Origin: Phoronis australis
Taxonomy: Eukaryota; Animalia; Phoronida
DNA length: 52,767 nucleotides
Assembly: GCA_002633005.1 (NCBI GenBank)
Contig: NMRA01000417.1
Coordinates: forward strand, 22,271 to 75,037
Direction: 5' to 3'
The stretch's first letter is position 1. Each line of letters begins with the position of its first letter. Below the pieces are notes generated by a model, which was given only the letters and a program-made list of their open reading frames with translations, was not told where the DNA came from and searched no databases. The position numbers and the translations under genes were made by a program. This document shows, piece by piece, positions 24,680 through 37,670 of the stretch.

Positions 24680-27600
24680 TAGTCTAGACGCATTTCTGGA
24701 AAATGTGCATGTTAGAGGCATTTTTTAGTAAAAGTGGAGAACCTATCTTTTTAGCATAATTATGGTGTGCTGATTTCGATTATGCCTGTTCCCAAGCTGG
24801 ATTTTGAGTTTTTGACCATCTAATTTGCATAAACAAAATGGCCGCCAAACCAACAAGATAAGAAACATTCGTAAGACCAGGAGTAAGATATGTGACGAAT
24901 AATTAGGAAATTATTGCTACAAAAACATAGTATAAGTTTGTTTAGATCACTTAAATTTAAGAGCATGTTAATGAACGTCATTAAATTCCCCAATTATGCT
25001 AATTAGCTTCCGCCATTACCAAAAAATTCAAATTTCGGTGTAACTTTATCAATTTGCAGGCAAACATGACAAATAAGGTGTCTATACCTATGTTTTGAAG
25101 GTCTAGAAAAATCATTATGACACATGTGAAGCTTTTTATTTCATCTTCACTAAGTTACAAATGCTCATTAATAAAGTCTGAGAATTAAATTAGAAATCAT
25201 AATTTTCAATGCCTTTTACGAACATTCAATTTTTTAGATAAGACATAAAAGTATTGTAAACATAACAACATGACTTTTAAATACTGTTGTAAAGAGATGC
25301 ATGGCCATATCGTCCCATTTTGGACAGGAACATGCCGTCCTCACAGTCGACCAAGCACTCTGCTGCAGAGTAGTGGAGCTTACGTGGTCGGTCCCAGAAT
25401 ACCAAAATATGTTAATACGGTACATCGTTTAGTGGTTCTTCACGTATCAGTGAACTGTATCAAGGCCATAGAAGATCACATGAGTGATTCCGGAGTAGCT
25501 GAGGTGTGTATAGAGAGTGCAGTACTTGGTCAAGACCTATGGAACTGGTCCTCAGTGGAAAGTCGTACAGCAAAGCTACAGTATGAGGGCACGCAAACTG
25601 TCTTTGCAAGCTCAGTGGCATCTCCTGCATGTGCCAAGCTTTCTCTCGTTTATTGCAGAAGCGACTGTCATGCTTGTATTACCAGTATGTCTGCAGATGA
25701 TGATCCACAGAAAATTCCGGAGTTTTTAACATTTCTCAATTAGGATAAGTTCAAGAAACTCCTGGGCATTTTGTCAACAGTAGTTCTGATGATGTGAATT
25801 TCAGCTTCTGGTGGAGTTACATGTACATGGTTCCAACATTGTTAAAGTACATGCTCTCAACGGGATGGTATTTTGGAACTGCATCTCTATTCATTTACTC
25901 TCGTGCTGCCCCACCGAATTATGCTTGAGTGGGATGCGGTCTTTTTAGCCGAGATGCATCAGCTTCCTCAGTCTGTTTGGTCAGAGTTTCAAGCAGGAAA
26001 TTTTGTACTCAAGTGATCTCCTCATATGCTCTGTCAGGTAGATTCTGACCAGTGGGTAAATAGGGCAGGCAAAAAGGAGGTGGTATCATCGGTAATGCCA
26101 AAACCTCGTCAGCTCTATGGAGGTGGACACTCTCATTTAATCTGAAATCTCATATAGCTGAACAAACTTACTGCTGTGGGAATACATAGTTTCATAACAA
26201 AGCCACGAGGCAACTGTCTAGAGTTCCCTTCTTTACGCATTCTATATGGATTGAAGGTCTTCTCGTCCGCAAGGCCTTAGCTGCCACAAAACCTTGTAAC
26301 AGCACTAATCCAAGAGTCACTTTTACATGCCAAGGAACTTGGACACGAACAAATTAAGAAATTTGTTCGAGACCGATTATCACTGAGCAATGCGATAATT
26401 CAGACATGTCAATTCACGCGCCTATGCGCAAAAATAATGCCCCAACATTTGCCAACTTATATGATGTGGTGAAACAAACCAAAGACAAAGACAAGAAAAT
26501 AGTTCTTAAGGCAGAGAGAGATATACTTCGCTGCCTAGCTACGGCTTATATGGCGGGTCGGCCAGTTGATTTGCCGTCTGTGCTCAAACGCGAGCTTCTT
26601 CCAGTCCATGTTTTCTTACAGAAACGAGTGGCACATTGCGCACTGGAGATAAATCTTCACTTGCCGAAGTATTAGTAGTTAACACATCGACTGTCCTAAA
26701 ACAATTCAACTTCATGGCACGCCCGCTTGCCTCATTATTGATGGCGAAGCATTGCTGGTAGCTCTTGGGAAGCTTGATGGTGATGTGACCTTCGAGAACC
26801 TGGCTGATTCATTCATGAAAACAGTGCTAAACACAGGATTTCGATATCATAAAATTGACATTGTATTTGACAGATACAGACAAAAAATTATGAAGTACTC
26901 CGTAGTAAAGGAATAGAGCAAATCGGGCGATTTTTGGAAGGCCGTGGTGTACCTCTTCCTCAAAACTGGTCAAATTTTGGGGCACTGGCTGAGAATAAAG
27001 CAGACCTAGCACATTTCTTGTCAGAGGAATTGTGTTTGTAGACGCCTGAAGATAAAGAGGTTATGGTTGCAGGAGGTTCAAAGATGAGCTGGAAGTCAAT
27101 TAAATCATCTAAGGATATGACTGATTTGAGGACTCTGAAATCCGCACATGAAGAAGCAGATGCAAGACTGGTACTGCACGCTGTCCACAGTCAGTCGTGT
27201 TTTCCAGGGACACCCGATGTTCTACTGCATCTGGTATCGCACTTCCAACAAATGCAAAGTGAGCATATCTGAATGATATCAGGCACATCAAAGAAATGAC
27301 GATATATACGTATTGAAGCACTTTTCAACAAACTACTAAGAGACTCAGCAACATCATTGTTTGCTTTTCATGCTGTGACCGGGTTTGGAACCAACTCATA
27401 CTTTTTTGCCAATCACATGAAATAATCTTCATGGAAGGTGTTCCTAGAGCATCACAGATTGCTTAAGAACCCCTGCATTGGTTAACTCAATGAGCAAATT
27501 ACGATGGCTTCAGAAGTATTTGTCTGCAGAATATACGACACGACCAAAACAGTCCTGTAGATGTAGCACGCCATTTACTACTCTCCAAGCCCGTGAACCC

Positions 27601-28663
27601 AGAAGTCCTTCCCGCAACGCTTAATGCCTGCCGTTTCCATCTGATGAGAGTGCATTACCAGGTCAAGGTATGGCGAAATGATCTCTTTTCCATACCTGAG
27701 CTCCCAGCACCCTCTGATATGGGAGGGACACACGAACTTATGCTTGCAGCCCATACTGATGACACATAGTTCTATCCCAGACAGCTGCCTAGAGATGGTA
27801 TTCTGTGCATGCCAGAAACAACGCAACAGCAGACAATGCAAATGCAAGAAATATGGATTTCAATGCATATCATTATGCTCATGCCAGCAGCACAATGATG
27901 ATCAGATTTCTTGTATGCAAACAGTTTGATTTGCCTGGCTTTAGGCATGTTAAAAAGTACCAATCATTGAATGCTAAAACTGTGTTCAACAGACCTGAAA
28001 ACAATTCATGCAACTGAGAATTTAATGTCTTCAATAACTTATATTGTTTTTTATGAATGGAAGATAACGGGATAGTGTGAACATTTGTCCTATTTTCCAT
28101 CAAAATAGTGACACCTTGCTTGACGAGCATTGCAGATTAAAGACTATTTTTTCCACATTATGTAAGTATACATCTATAACCCAATAAATATGAAATAAAT
28201 TGCTCTAAAAATGTCTTTAGCATGTTTGTTGACCATGAAAATATAAGTATAAACAACTCATTTTTCAAGTTAGCCTGCAGGAAAACAAACTTAAGACGCA
28301 AATTACACTGTATGGTAATGGCGGCACCTAATTTGCATAATTAGTTTTCAGAGTTGCATTTTTTAGTATTCATAAGTGATTTATTGCTCAAGAAGTATTT
28401 ATAAGAAGTGTACAGGTGAGACATTTCACCATTTTAAATGGTATATGGTGATTTCTATTACAAAAATACATCTGAAGTTGACAATTTGGCCGCCATTTTG
28501 TTTATGCAAATTAGATGGTCAAAAATGCAAAATTCGGCTTGGGAACAGGGTTAGTTGAATTCGCCGTACCCTGATTGTGTGAAAAAGTCTTGTTCCCAAC
28601 TTTTACTAAAAAATGCTTCTAGAACCTTATTCAGGGCTCTTTTCAGGAAATGCGTCTAGACTA
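24680..28663 (+). mobile_element. Academ (AcademX-type) DNA transposon, decayed
   Basis: Termini TAGTCTAGACGCATTT..AAATGCGTCTAGACTA; 3-bp TSD TTG at 24677-24679 and 28664-28666; long imperfect TIRs of at least ~170 bp; internal coding remnants. Confidence 0.88.
25420..27929 (+). pseudogene. Fragmented Academ transposase / XPG-like nuclease / Cys-rich (CXC) coding region
   Basis: Motifs across shifting frames: MSDSGVAEV; F.AGNF; IIDG.ALL..L; IDIVFDRY; ENKADLAHFL; LKSAHEEADARLVLHA; AFHAVTG; HLMRVHYQ; CACQKQRNSRQCKCKKYGFQCISLCSC. Confidence 0.82.
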
Positions 28664-29859
28664 TTGGTCAAAGATGCCCGAAATATGGGCAATTGTGGCT
28701 GCGCACCTCAATTATGGGATAAAAACGTTTTCTGCTGTAGAGGACGCATTAATATCGGGTCAATTCCTTTGAAAATTTTGAGGTATTAGTTGTTGTTGAC
28801 GTGCTATTATTCAAAGGCAAAAAAGCGGAAGTCGCTATCAAGATGGCAGCTCTGGTGCATTTTCACCTACTTTCGATCGTTCTGCAGTTGCATTTCGAAC
28901 AAAAAGAGCAAATGACGTGGATTTTTTATGTGGACTCTTGAAAGTATACTCTTTCCAACGTTCTGCAACAATGTTTTTCTTCAACTTACTGTTTTTGAGT
29001 TATTTGACTTTAAATTTCAAAAAATTGCAAAATTTGAAATTTTTCCAAAAGTTTACACAATTTTGAAAAACTACCAGGTTAGATAGTTTTGAATGGGCTT
29101 TCAGACGATGTGTTCTATTTTTCGCTAAGACGTCTACTTTTTGAGTTATTCGAGATTTTATGATATTGCTGTTCCTTTGTTGACCGGTGTTGCTGCACTG
29201 TTGTTGGTTTATCTTCTATTGAACAAGACAGTAGCTAATATTTCTTACTGATTTCTGACATCTTCGCAAGTCATATGAATGTTACCATGTTGTTCACAAT
29301 CCCCACTATGGTCATCATAATCATCGGTGTCGTCATCTCCGGCATCGTCGTCATCTGCATCGTCTTCTTCTCAGTTAACTTCACCAAGTGTCGTTCAAGA
29401 CTGTATCCTCTTACTGATTTATTACATCTTCGCTAGTCATCTGGATGTCATTGTGTTGTTCATACTCACCGCCTTCATCATCATAACCATCATTGTCGTC
29501 GTTATCTCCATCGTCGTCTTTTCGGTTAATTTCGCCAACTGTCGCTCCTCCGAGCGCTGTCGTGTTTTTTGTTTCCCCAGCAGCCTTGAAAATTATTTGT
29601 TCGCACTCTACAGGTCGCAATTTTCATCTAATTCGCTCGAAATTTGCACACAATGGGTGTAGCCTGAAAATCCTTTAAGCATATTGTTTTTGATCATGAT
29701 CGGATTCAAAATGGCGGACGTGGTGGCCATTTTGTTTCCAATTTCAGATTCAAATGCGCATAGAAGCCGCAATGTTTGACGTACAGGGCTGAAAATTAGT
29801 ACGGCTATTATAACCAACAGGTACTACAATTGTGCCATCAGTCATCAACATCCCGTTAA

Positions 29860-31294
29860 GGATATTTCCAACCTTATTCACAAAAATTGGCCATTTTTAC
29901 AAAATTTCACTTGTGTCTAGCAAAATACCTTATCTTCATTCTTGGGGAACTTCAAATACGAAATATATACTGCTTAGCGAGAAAAAAAAGATTTAGCAGA
30001 ACCACCTTGGAACCGCACAACCACGTGGATATTTGTTTAGCACTTATCCAAGGTCAAAGGTTAAAGGGCTTTCAAGTAAATCGAGTCTCCCGCCAGGTAC
30101 AGAACAGCTTCGGTATACCTTCAGTCCTTTCATTCACAAATTCGCCATAACATTGAACCAACGAGGTGTGGTTATGATAGAATGGTGCTGGGGAAAACGA
30201 ATACAAAACGTAGTTTTTATCCTAAGGGAGTTATGGGTCTACATGCATACGACCGGTGACGTTGAAAACAAATGCTACGAGTTGCCTCAGGCCTCAGTCT
30301 GGTCATGAACACAGAAAGTTGTGAAAAGAGATAAATCATGCCCCTTATTCCTTAATTCAATTATTAAGTTTAAACATTTCGATGTTTCGATTTCATGTTA
30401 ACGACTTACTTTAACCACCAATTCAATTTTTGTTATCCATTTCTTACTTGGTTTGGTATCAGTCTCTCAGCACGTGACGTGTACAGGCTATGAACTGTGA
30501 CTTACTTTTCTAAGTAGGTCGTACAAAACGGCACAAGTTGGCTGCGAAAGATAGGTCTATTTGAGGTTTTAATGATATTTAAGTTAGTTACGCACTGCAA
30601 AATTATTTGACATTGTAAGAAAACATTGAAATAGGTGACATAGTTAAGGATTCTATAGGTTATGTACCGTATACCGAAAACAAGTTTTCACAGAATAATT
30701 AACCAAAGTCTTAGAGATTTTCACGTGCCCCAGTTTAATCGGCTTTTTCTCGGCTTTGGCAAATCGACTTTATTTGAACTTAGGAACACGAGTTCTCGAA
30801 AATGGCTCGATGGATTTCGCTGAAACTTTCCAAACTTAATATTTAGTCACCAGTCTCAAAAACGCTGTTAGGATTTTTGATATAAAAGCTTAGTTTTTGT
30901 GTAATGTGACAAAGACGAATACGACTTCAATTTTTTACAAAAATACCTTCCGTTTTGCGAGTTGATTTGTCATAGAAACCAAACGAACAAACTAATCGAA
31001 AATTCCTAACATCGTTTTTGAGGTAATTGATGAAGTTTTCATTTAAAAAAGGTTTCGTTAAAATCGACCGAGGGGTTATTTTGCTATGAATATACCTTTC
31101 TTAAAAATTAAATTTTTACTTAAAAAAGCTTTTTACGTAAAAATAATAATGACAAATAAATACAAAAAGTATATTTATATTTCCTGGTCTTTGTTCTTTC
31201 AGAAAATATTTACTTTTACTAGTAAGTTGACAATGCTTAGTTTTTTTGATATAAGTGTTAGAATGGAGGCCACTAAATAAGGTTGGACATAACC
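29860..31294. mobile_element. Kolobok-type non-autonomous element, family GGTTATCTCCAACCTTATT, copy 1
   Basis: TTAA TSD at 29856-29859 and 31295-31298; about 19-bp imperfect TIR; splits a HINE unit (catcccgTTAAagatggcgg). Confidence 0.88.
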
Positions 31295-33328
31295 TTAAAG
31301 ATGGCGGAAATATCGGCAATGGCGCATGTGCACCTCGATTTGTGCCCGAAATTATTTTCTCCTGTAGAGGGCGCATTGGCAAACCAATCATTTTCAAAGT
31401 TGTCAGTTGCTCGTTTCTTGTGGTTGGCTATTATTAAATTTTGATTAACCGGAAGTTGCTTTCAAGATGGCGGCTCTGGCGCATTTTCACCCATTTTTGA
31501 TTGTTCTGCAGTCACATTTTGAATGGGAAGAGCAAATGACGTGAATGTTTGCACGTGGATTCCTTGCAGTATGCTCTGTCAAAAGTTCTGCGACAACGTT
31601 TTTCTCAGTGTTAACGTTTTTTAGTTATTTGACTTAGAATTTCAAGAAAATGCAAAATCGAAACTTTTACCAAGTTTTGTGAAACTATATAGTTAGATAG
31701 AGCTTTGCACAGGCTTTCAGAAGACGTTTTCCATTCTTCGATACAACATCTACTTTTCGAATTATTTGAGGTTGTCTGAAAACGCTGTTTGTTTGTTGGC
31801 CGATTTTTCGAGTTATTTTGAATTTGAATTTCAAAAAAAATATGCAAAATTTATGGAATTTTGCGAAACTCAATTGTTAGATAGAGTTTTGAATGAGCTT
31901 TCATAAGATGTTTTTCATTTTTGGATTTGACATCTACTTTTTAAAATAGTCGAGATTTTCTGAAAACGTTCCTGTTGACTGATTTTTCTGCACTTTTGTT
32001 GGTTCACCGGCTACTGAACAAGACTGTTGCCTATATCATATGGATTTCTGACATCTATGTTGGTCATATGAATGTTATCACATTGTTCATCATCGCCACC
32101 ATCATCATCATATTTGTCGTCTTCGTCATCATCTCCATCGTCGTCTTTTCAGTTAATTTCGCCATGTGTCGCCTATTTACTGATTTCTCACATCTTCGCT
32201 AGACACATGATTGTTATAGTGTTGTTCATAATCTCCACCTTCATTGATAGAATCGTCGTCGTCAGCATGTCAATCGTCGTCCTTTTTTTGGTTGATTTCG
32301 CTCCTCCGAGTGGTTTGTTACCCTGACGGCCTTAAAAATTGTTTGTTCGCCCGATACACGTCGCAATTTTCGTCCTATCTCTGCGAAATTTGAACCCAAC
32401 CCGTAGGTTTTGAAGTGCTGGAAGCCTATTGTATTTTGTTATGATCGGATCCAAGATGGCCAACATGACGACCATTTTGTTTCCGATTTCAGGTTCAAAG
32501 ACTGAGAGACCGCATTTTTTAACGAACATGGCTGAAAATTGGTGTAAACATAGAAGTGGTTAAGTACTATCAATACTGCTGAAATCATGAACTTCAGGTT
32601 CAAGATGGCGGAAATATAGGCAATCACGCATGCACACCTCGATTTCGGGGTGAAAACGTTTTCTCCTGTAGAGGGCGCACTATAGGACCCATTCCTTCGA
32701 AATTTTTCAGGTATTAGTTTTGAATGACAAGCTTTTATACATTGCAGCGGAACCGGAAGTGAAATTTGGCCATGTTATTGATACTGATGTTTTGCTAGGA
32801 ATGTATCATCTTTCAAATGTTACACAGAGCATTGCTTTCTACTTTCAGATAATGTACAGTTTTATAAACGGTAGATAATTAATATGCTGAAGTATGTAGT
32901 CCTATTTAATAAGCAAAGAGTTTTAAAAGTATATTCACTGAATTTTAGAACAGCATGAAGTTGAGCTGTACTGACGCTATGAGAGGTGATGGCTAGTGGT
33001 CTCATTGTACAGCCCCCCATTTCTATAAGCAGATACACTGCGTGTGGTAGACATACAAAGAGGATGTTATTTCAGTAAATTTTGTTATTTTCAAATATTT
33101 TTGTTCCATTTATTGATGATATTAGAATTATTTCAACTGTTTGGAAAAGCTTAATGAAATTTTGATAGAATAATAAGGGTATTAAGGCATTGTTAACTTG
33201 TTGGGGACTTCTGTATGTTTTTCAAAGAATTCAAGAATATCATTTTAAAGTCATTAACCAATTTTTGTTCTCTCCAAGTATTCCTTATTCTTATCAATCA
33301 TGCATTGATGTGAACATAATCCTCTTAA

Positions 33329-34735
33329 GGTTATCTCCAACCATATTCACACAACGGGGCCATTTTTACAATATTTCACATGTCTAACAAAATACCTTAT
33401 CTTCTTTCTGGGGGAACTTCAAATACAAAATATATACTGTATATCTAGCAAAATACCTTATCTTCTTTCTGGGGGTACTTCAAATATAAAATAAAAACTG
33501 TGTAGTGAGAAAAAAATAACAGAACCACCTTGGAATGCACAACCGCGTGGACATTTGTTTACTACTTATCCGAGGTCAAAGGTTAAAGGGCTTTCAATCA
33601 AATCGAATCTCCCGCCAGATACAGAACAGCTTCACATACCCTCACTCCATTCATTCACAAAATCACCATAACATTGAGTCAACGAGGTGTACTTATGGTA
33701 GAATAGTGCAATGGAAAACGAAGACAAAACGTAGTTTTGATTCTAAGGGAGTTGTGCATCTACATGCGTACTACCGTTAATGCTACGGTCACTTCAAGCC
33801 TCCACACAGCAAGTTGTGAAAAGAGATTAATCCTAACCCTAATTCCTTCATTCAATTAATAAATTGACATCTCGTGCTAACGACCACCGATTCGATTTCT
33901 ATTATCCATTTCTTACTTGGTTTCGTATCAGTCTCCCAGCATGTGACATGTTCAGGCTATGTGTATGACAAAGAACTGTAGCCTGTTTACATGTAAAAGT
34001 AGGTCGAATGGCCCAAACAACAGTAGTTAGCTAGGGAACGGTATTGTAGTGAGTTGTTTTAATGATAATTAAGTAAATTACGCACTGCAAAATCAGTTGA
34101 CGTTGCGAGTGAATGTTGAAATAGCGAACATATTTAAGGCTTGTATAGGTTATATGTACCATAAACAAGTTTTCACCGAATAATTAACAGAACCAGTTTA
34201 ATCGGCTTTTTCTTGGCTTCGACAAATCGACTTTATTTGAATTTAGGAACAGGAGTTCTTGAAAACGGCTCCTTGGACTTCGCTGAAACTTTCCAGATTT
34301 AATATTTAGTTCAAAAAGGCTGTTGGATTTTCGATATAAAGGCCTATTTTTTGCGTATTGTAACTAAGACGAATACGACTTCGGTTTTTTACAAAGATAC
34401 CTTACGTTTTGCGAGTTGATTTGTCATAGAAACCAATCGAAAAGACTAATCGAAAATTCCTAACATCGTTTGGTGAAGTTTTCATTTAAAAAAGTTTCAT
34501 TAGAATCCACCAAGGGGTTATTGTGCTATGAATGTACCTTTCTTAAAAATGAAATTTCGACTCAAAAAACGTTTTTACGTAAAAATGATAATGGCACATA
34601 AATACAAAAAGTATATTTATATTTCCTGGTCTTTGTTCTTTCAGAAAATATACACTTTTACTAGTTGACAAATCTTTTTTTTTTTTTTGATATACGAGTT
34701 AGAATGGAGGCCACTAAATAAGGTTGGAGATAACC
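33329..34735. mobile_element. Kolobok-type element, same family, copy 2
   Basis: TTAA TSD at 33325-33328 and 34736-34739; TIR GGTTATCTCCAACC; colinear with copy 1; internal ~60-bp tandem duplication at about 33382-33500. Confidence 0.9.
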
Positions 34736-34996
34736 TTAAGGCATATGCATGAGACGAACTGCTAAATGAACCCAAGTTACAGTAATTAATCCACCATCAA
34801 CTTCAGGTATTAATGCTCCACGCTTTGTGTTAAAAAGATACTGAAGTCCTGTTACTAATATTTTTAAAACATCACCATGCATCAGAACCCTCAACAGCAT
34901 GGTTCAGAGAATAATTTTGTATAAGTTAGAGCGAATTCTAATTTAAAAAACAATTAAAATGCGTCTTTATGACAGTGATTAATGCTGTTTTAACCT

Positions 34997-35489
34997 CAGG
35001 GCTTGGAATTTTCCGCGGAAACGCGGATTTCCGCTTTTTTGAAATGTGCTTTCCGCTTTTTTTTATAATATTTCCGCGTAAAAAAATCGAATTTGATATG
35101 AAATTTCCGCGGCAAATTCCTTTCTTACCGCGGCGTTGCAGACGACGTTCACCTCGGAAAGCGGAAGTCTTTATGTTTTGGAGGAACGTAAATTGTCAAC
35201 ATTGCCGGGGCATCTGGGTAAAGCGTGGCCTGATTTTCAATGGCGGCTTGTGTTATTGTTAAGCGCGGCGACAAATACTACCGCTCTGCAGCCAAATTTG
35301 TGTGGGTTGGGAGTGTACGGGCGAGCGAAAAGAACGCAGACGCATGCTACTGATGGTGGTAACTTTTTTTTTTTTTTTTTTTTTAGTCCTCCCAATTTTT
35401 GTCGCGGAAAGGTTCACATTGACCATTTCAAAGGCTGGTTATGCCGTTAAAGTTTCCGCGTTACTCGTCATTGGTCATTCCAAGCCCTG
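34997..35489. mobile_element. hAT-like MITE with a 5-bp TSD (hAT5-like)
   Basis: Perfect 13-bp TIR CAGGGCTTGGAAT; TSD AACCT at 34992-34996 and 35490-35494; subterminal TTCCGC/GCGGAA repeats. Confidence 0.9.
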
Positions 35490-36091
35490 AACCTTTATTT
35501 TATATTTTGACTGTCACATTAACTCATTAGTCTCGAATTAGTATTCTATTTAATGCATAAATACAGGTTTTCCTGATAACTAATAGCTGTCAAATACAAA
35601 ATGGTTATCACTCTCATTCCCATCTATATTGCTTACCATAAGGGAAGTGAAGATTTTAGGGTGTTGTTTTATATCTTTAATCAAATGTATTGAAAAGTTA
35701 AAATCCTACAGTATATTGCTAGCAAAATTAGGCCTACCTATGATGATTTCGTGCAAAAGGTCAATCGGTGCATTTTAATTAAAAAATATTGAATTAGTAG
35801 CAAAAGACCAATATACCATAAATACTGCAAAAGTTTGAATCATTCTGAATTGATATCTTAGTCACAATCACGTACGTCCGTCACATTAAGTCAACTAATA
35901 TCGAGCTCTCTGACAAAAATTTATTAGAAGATATCAAAAAAATTAGTGTGTTGTACTTTGCAAACATTCCACTAAATCGTATAAAACAAAAAATTGTAAC
36001 TTAATGCAACTTACAGAAAATTAGCGTTAGAAATTAAAAAAAATTCAAATTCTCTGCTTACGTCTGTCACACCCCTTTAAAGGCAATTTTG

Positions 36092-36844
36092 CATAGGCGG
36101 ATTTTGGGGGGGGGGGTCCAGGGGGCCTGGCCCCCCCTTGGCTGCCACAAAAAAATAAAACTGTAAGAGCGTAGGGAAATGTTGAGTTTATTAATTAACC
36201 CCGGTAATTAACATTATACGGCAGAAACAGGATTGAAATGTGTGTAGTTTTAATGTGTTTGGAGGGGGGGGAGGCTCAGATCCAATTTAAAGTGTCAAAT
36301 TCGGAACAAGGCTCAATCGTAACGGAACTATGGCTAAGTATAGGCTCCCCGCGATATCCCAGGCGACCGGCAGTGGCGCTGCGCACTACAACTCCGTTTC
36401 CGTCGTCTGCTTCACTGTGCAATGAAGGAAATTACTTCATTGTTTAAAGAAAATGGTATCTAAGTGACAATGAAAAAACAGAAGCTGCTGTGGACCATAA
36501 ACAAGTAGGTCTGTCAGTATCTATTTACGAGTGAAATTCGTGGTGGTATAGTGGTAAAGCATGCGTGCTCTAAACGCCAGGTCGTAAGTTCGAGTCTGTG
36601 GTAATTGCTGTTTTTCAAGTTTGACACGTTCTCCGTGTTTTTTTATTTCTTTGCCTTTTTTTCTTGGATAATACTTCAGGAATCAAGGATAATGCTTGAT
36701 TTTTAGAGGAAAAAACAGAAAAATTTTCCTGGGCGGGAGAGGGGTTTACCTCCCCCCATTCAGTGCATCTATAATCGTGCTTTGTGCAAAGGTTTACAGT
36801 CAAAATGTTGGGCTCTCCCTTGTGATATCCTAGATCCGCCACTG
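36092..36844. mobile_element. MITE with CA(TA/GT)GGCGGAT termini and G/C-run subterminal tracts
   Basis: CATAGGCGGATTTTGGGG.. at 36092 and ..CTAGATCCGCCACTG at 36844; no TSD found. The right part is repeated at 38402-39026. Confidence 0.55.
36540..36602 (+). pseudogene. tRNA-derived sequence (SINE head or tRNA pseudogene); duplicate at about 38717-38778
   Basis: A-box-like TGGTATAGTGG (36544-36554) and B box GTTCGAGTC (36588-36596) at tRNA-like spacing; acceptor and anticodon stems are degenerate. Confidence 0.55.
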
Positions 36845-37670
36845 TTTTCTCAGTCAGATTAAAAGATAGGGAAAAGTTAATACATGCTTTGAAAGCTATC
36901 TGTAAGACCCATCAATTGATGTATTAATTATTTTTCTAGGATGAACATTTTTTTCACAATTGATCAAAATGTCCGTTCGTCACAAATCTAATTGCCCACA
37001 TATACATATAATTCAATAACTAGGCCTCTGGCCCTTGTTACAATCAAATTGTTAAATACAGTACAGGTGATTGTCAAACACTAACAGTAACACAAGCTCT
37101 TCTTCGATTGAATGCGAAAAGAACATATTACATGTTGACCACATGACGGTGACATCCCGTTGCTCCCAACTTGTTGATTCTATAGCCCAACAAGAAGTTG
37201 GGAAGTTTACCCCCATAAGCAATATCTTACAGGACTGATTTAAACTCCATTCTGGCATTTATGGTTGGAGGGCCTGCGCTTTTTTGTTCGATAATTGCTC
37301 TAGTCTCCGCTTAGATCGCATCGCCTGACTGGCTGGGCTGATAAAAATGAGAGTTAAGTTATGACATATTTGAGCTTAAACCAATAGCATTTCTGAATTC
37401 TTCGTCAGATGCTAATCATGTTCTGTTTTTGAATCACCAAAAATCACTCAACTACAAGAGAAGTTAAGACAATCTATTCTGTCCAAACTGATTACCAACG
37501 CACTGGGTTTGACCGTGTTCATACGCATTCGCATTCGGTAATAGCGTGCAATCACCATACGTTTCCTTTGAAAGCTGGGAGATAATTGGACTGCTTGTTT
37601 TCATACGGGACAAAAGACTGAGCTGGGCAGTTAACAAAAGAGCCAGATGTTATCGCACGTTCAGCACCCC

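Larger units (their letters stand above)
24040..32762 (+). mobile_element. Head-to-tail array of HINE-family units, interrupted by Academ and Kolobok insertions
   Basis: 3' hairpins CGCTC(N)nGAGCG at about 24225, 24394, 29543 and 32299. Each is followed either by a new 5' IR (TTGGCGAAATAAATTTCGCC, about 24249) or by the core start ttgttcgc.c..taca.gtcgcaattttc (about 24423, 29597, 32343). Confidence 0.72.

Noticed and set aside
36560-36580. CTA in the loop of the tRNA-like sequence suggesting an amber suppressor
   Set aside because: The anticodon and acceptor stems are degenerate, so no anticodon can be assigned.
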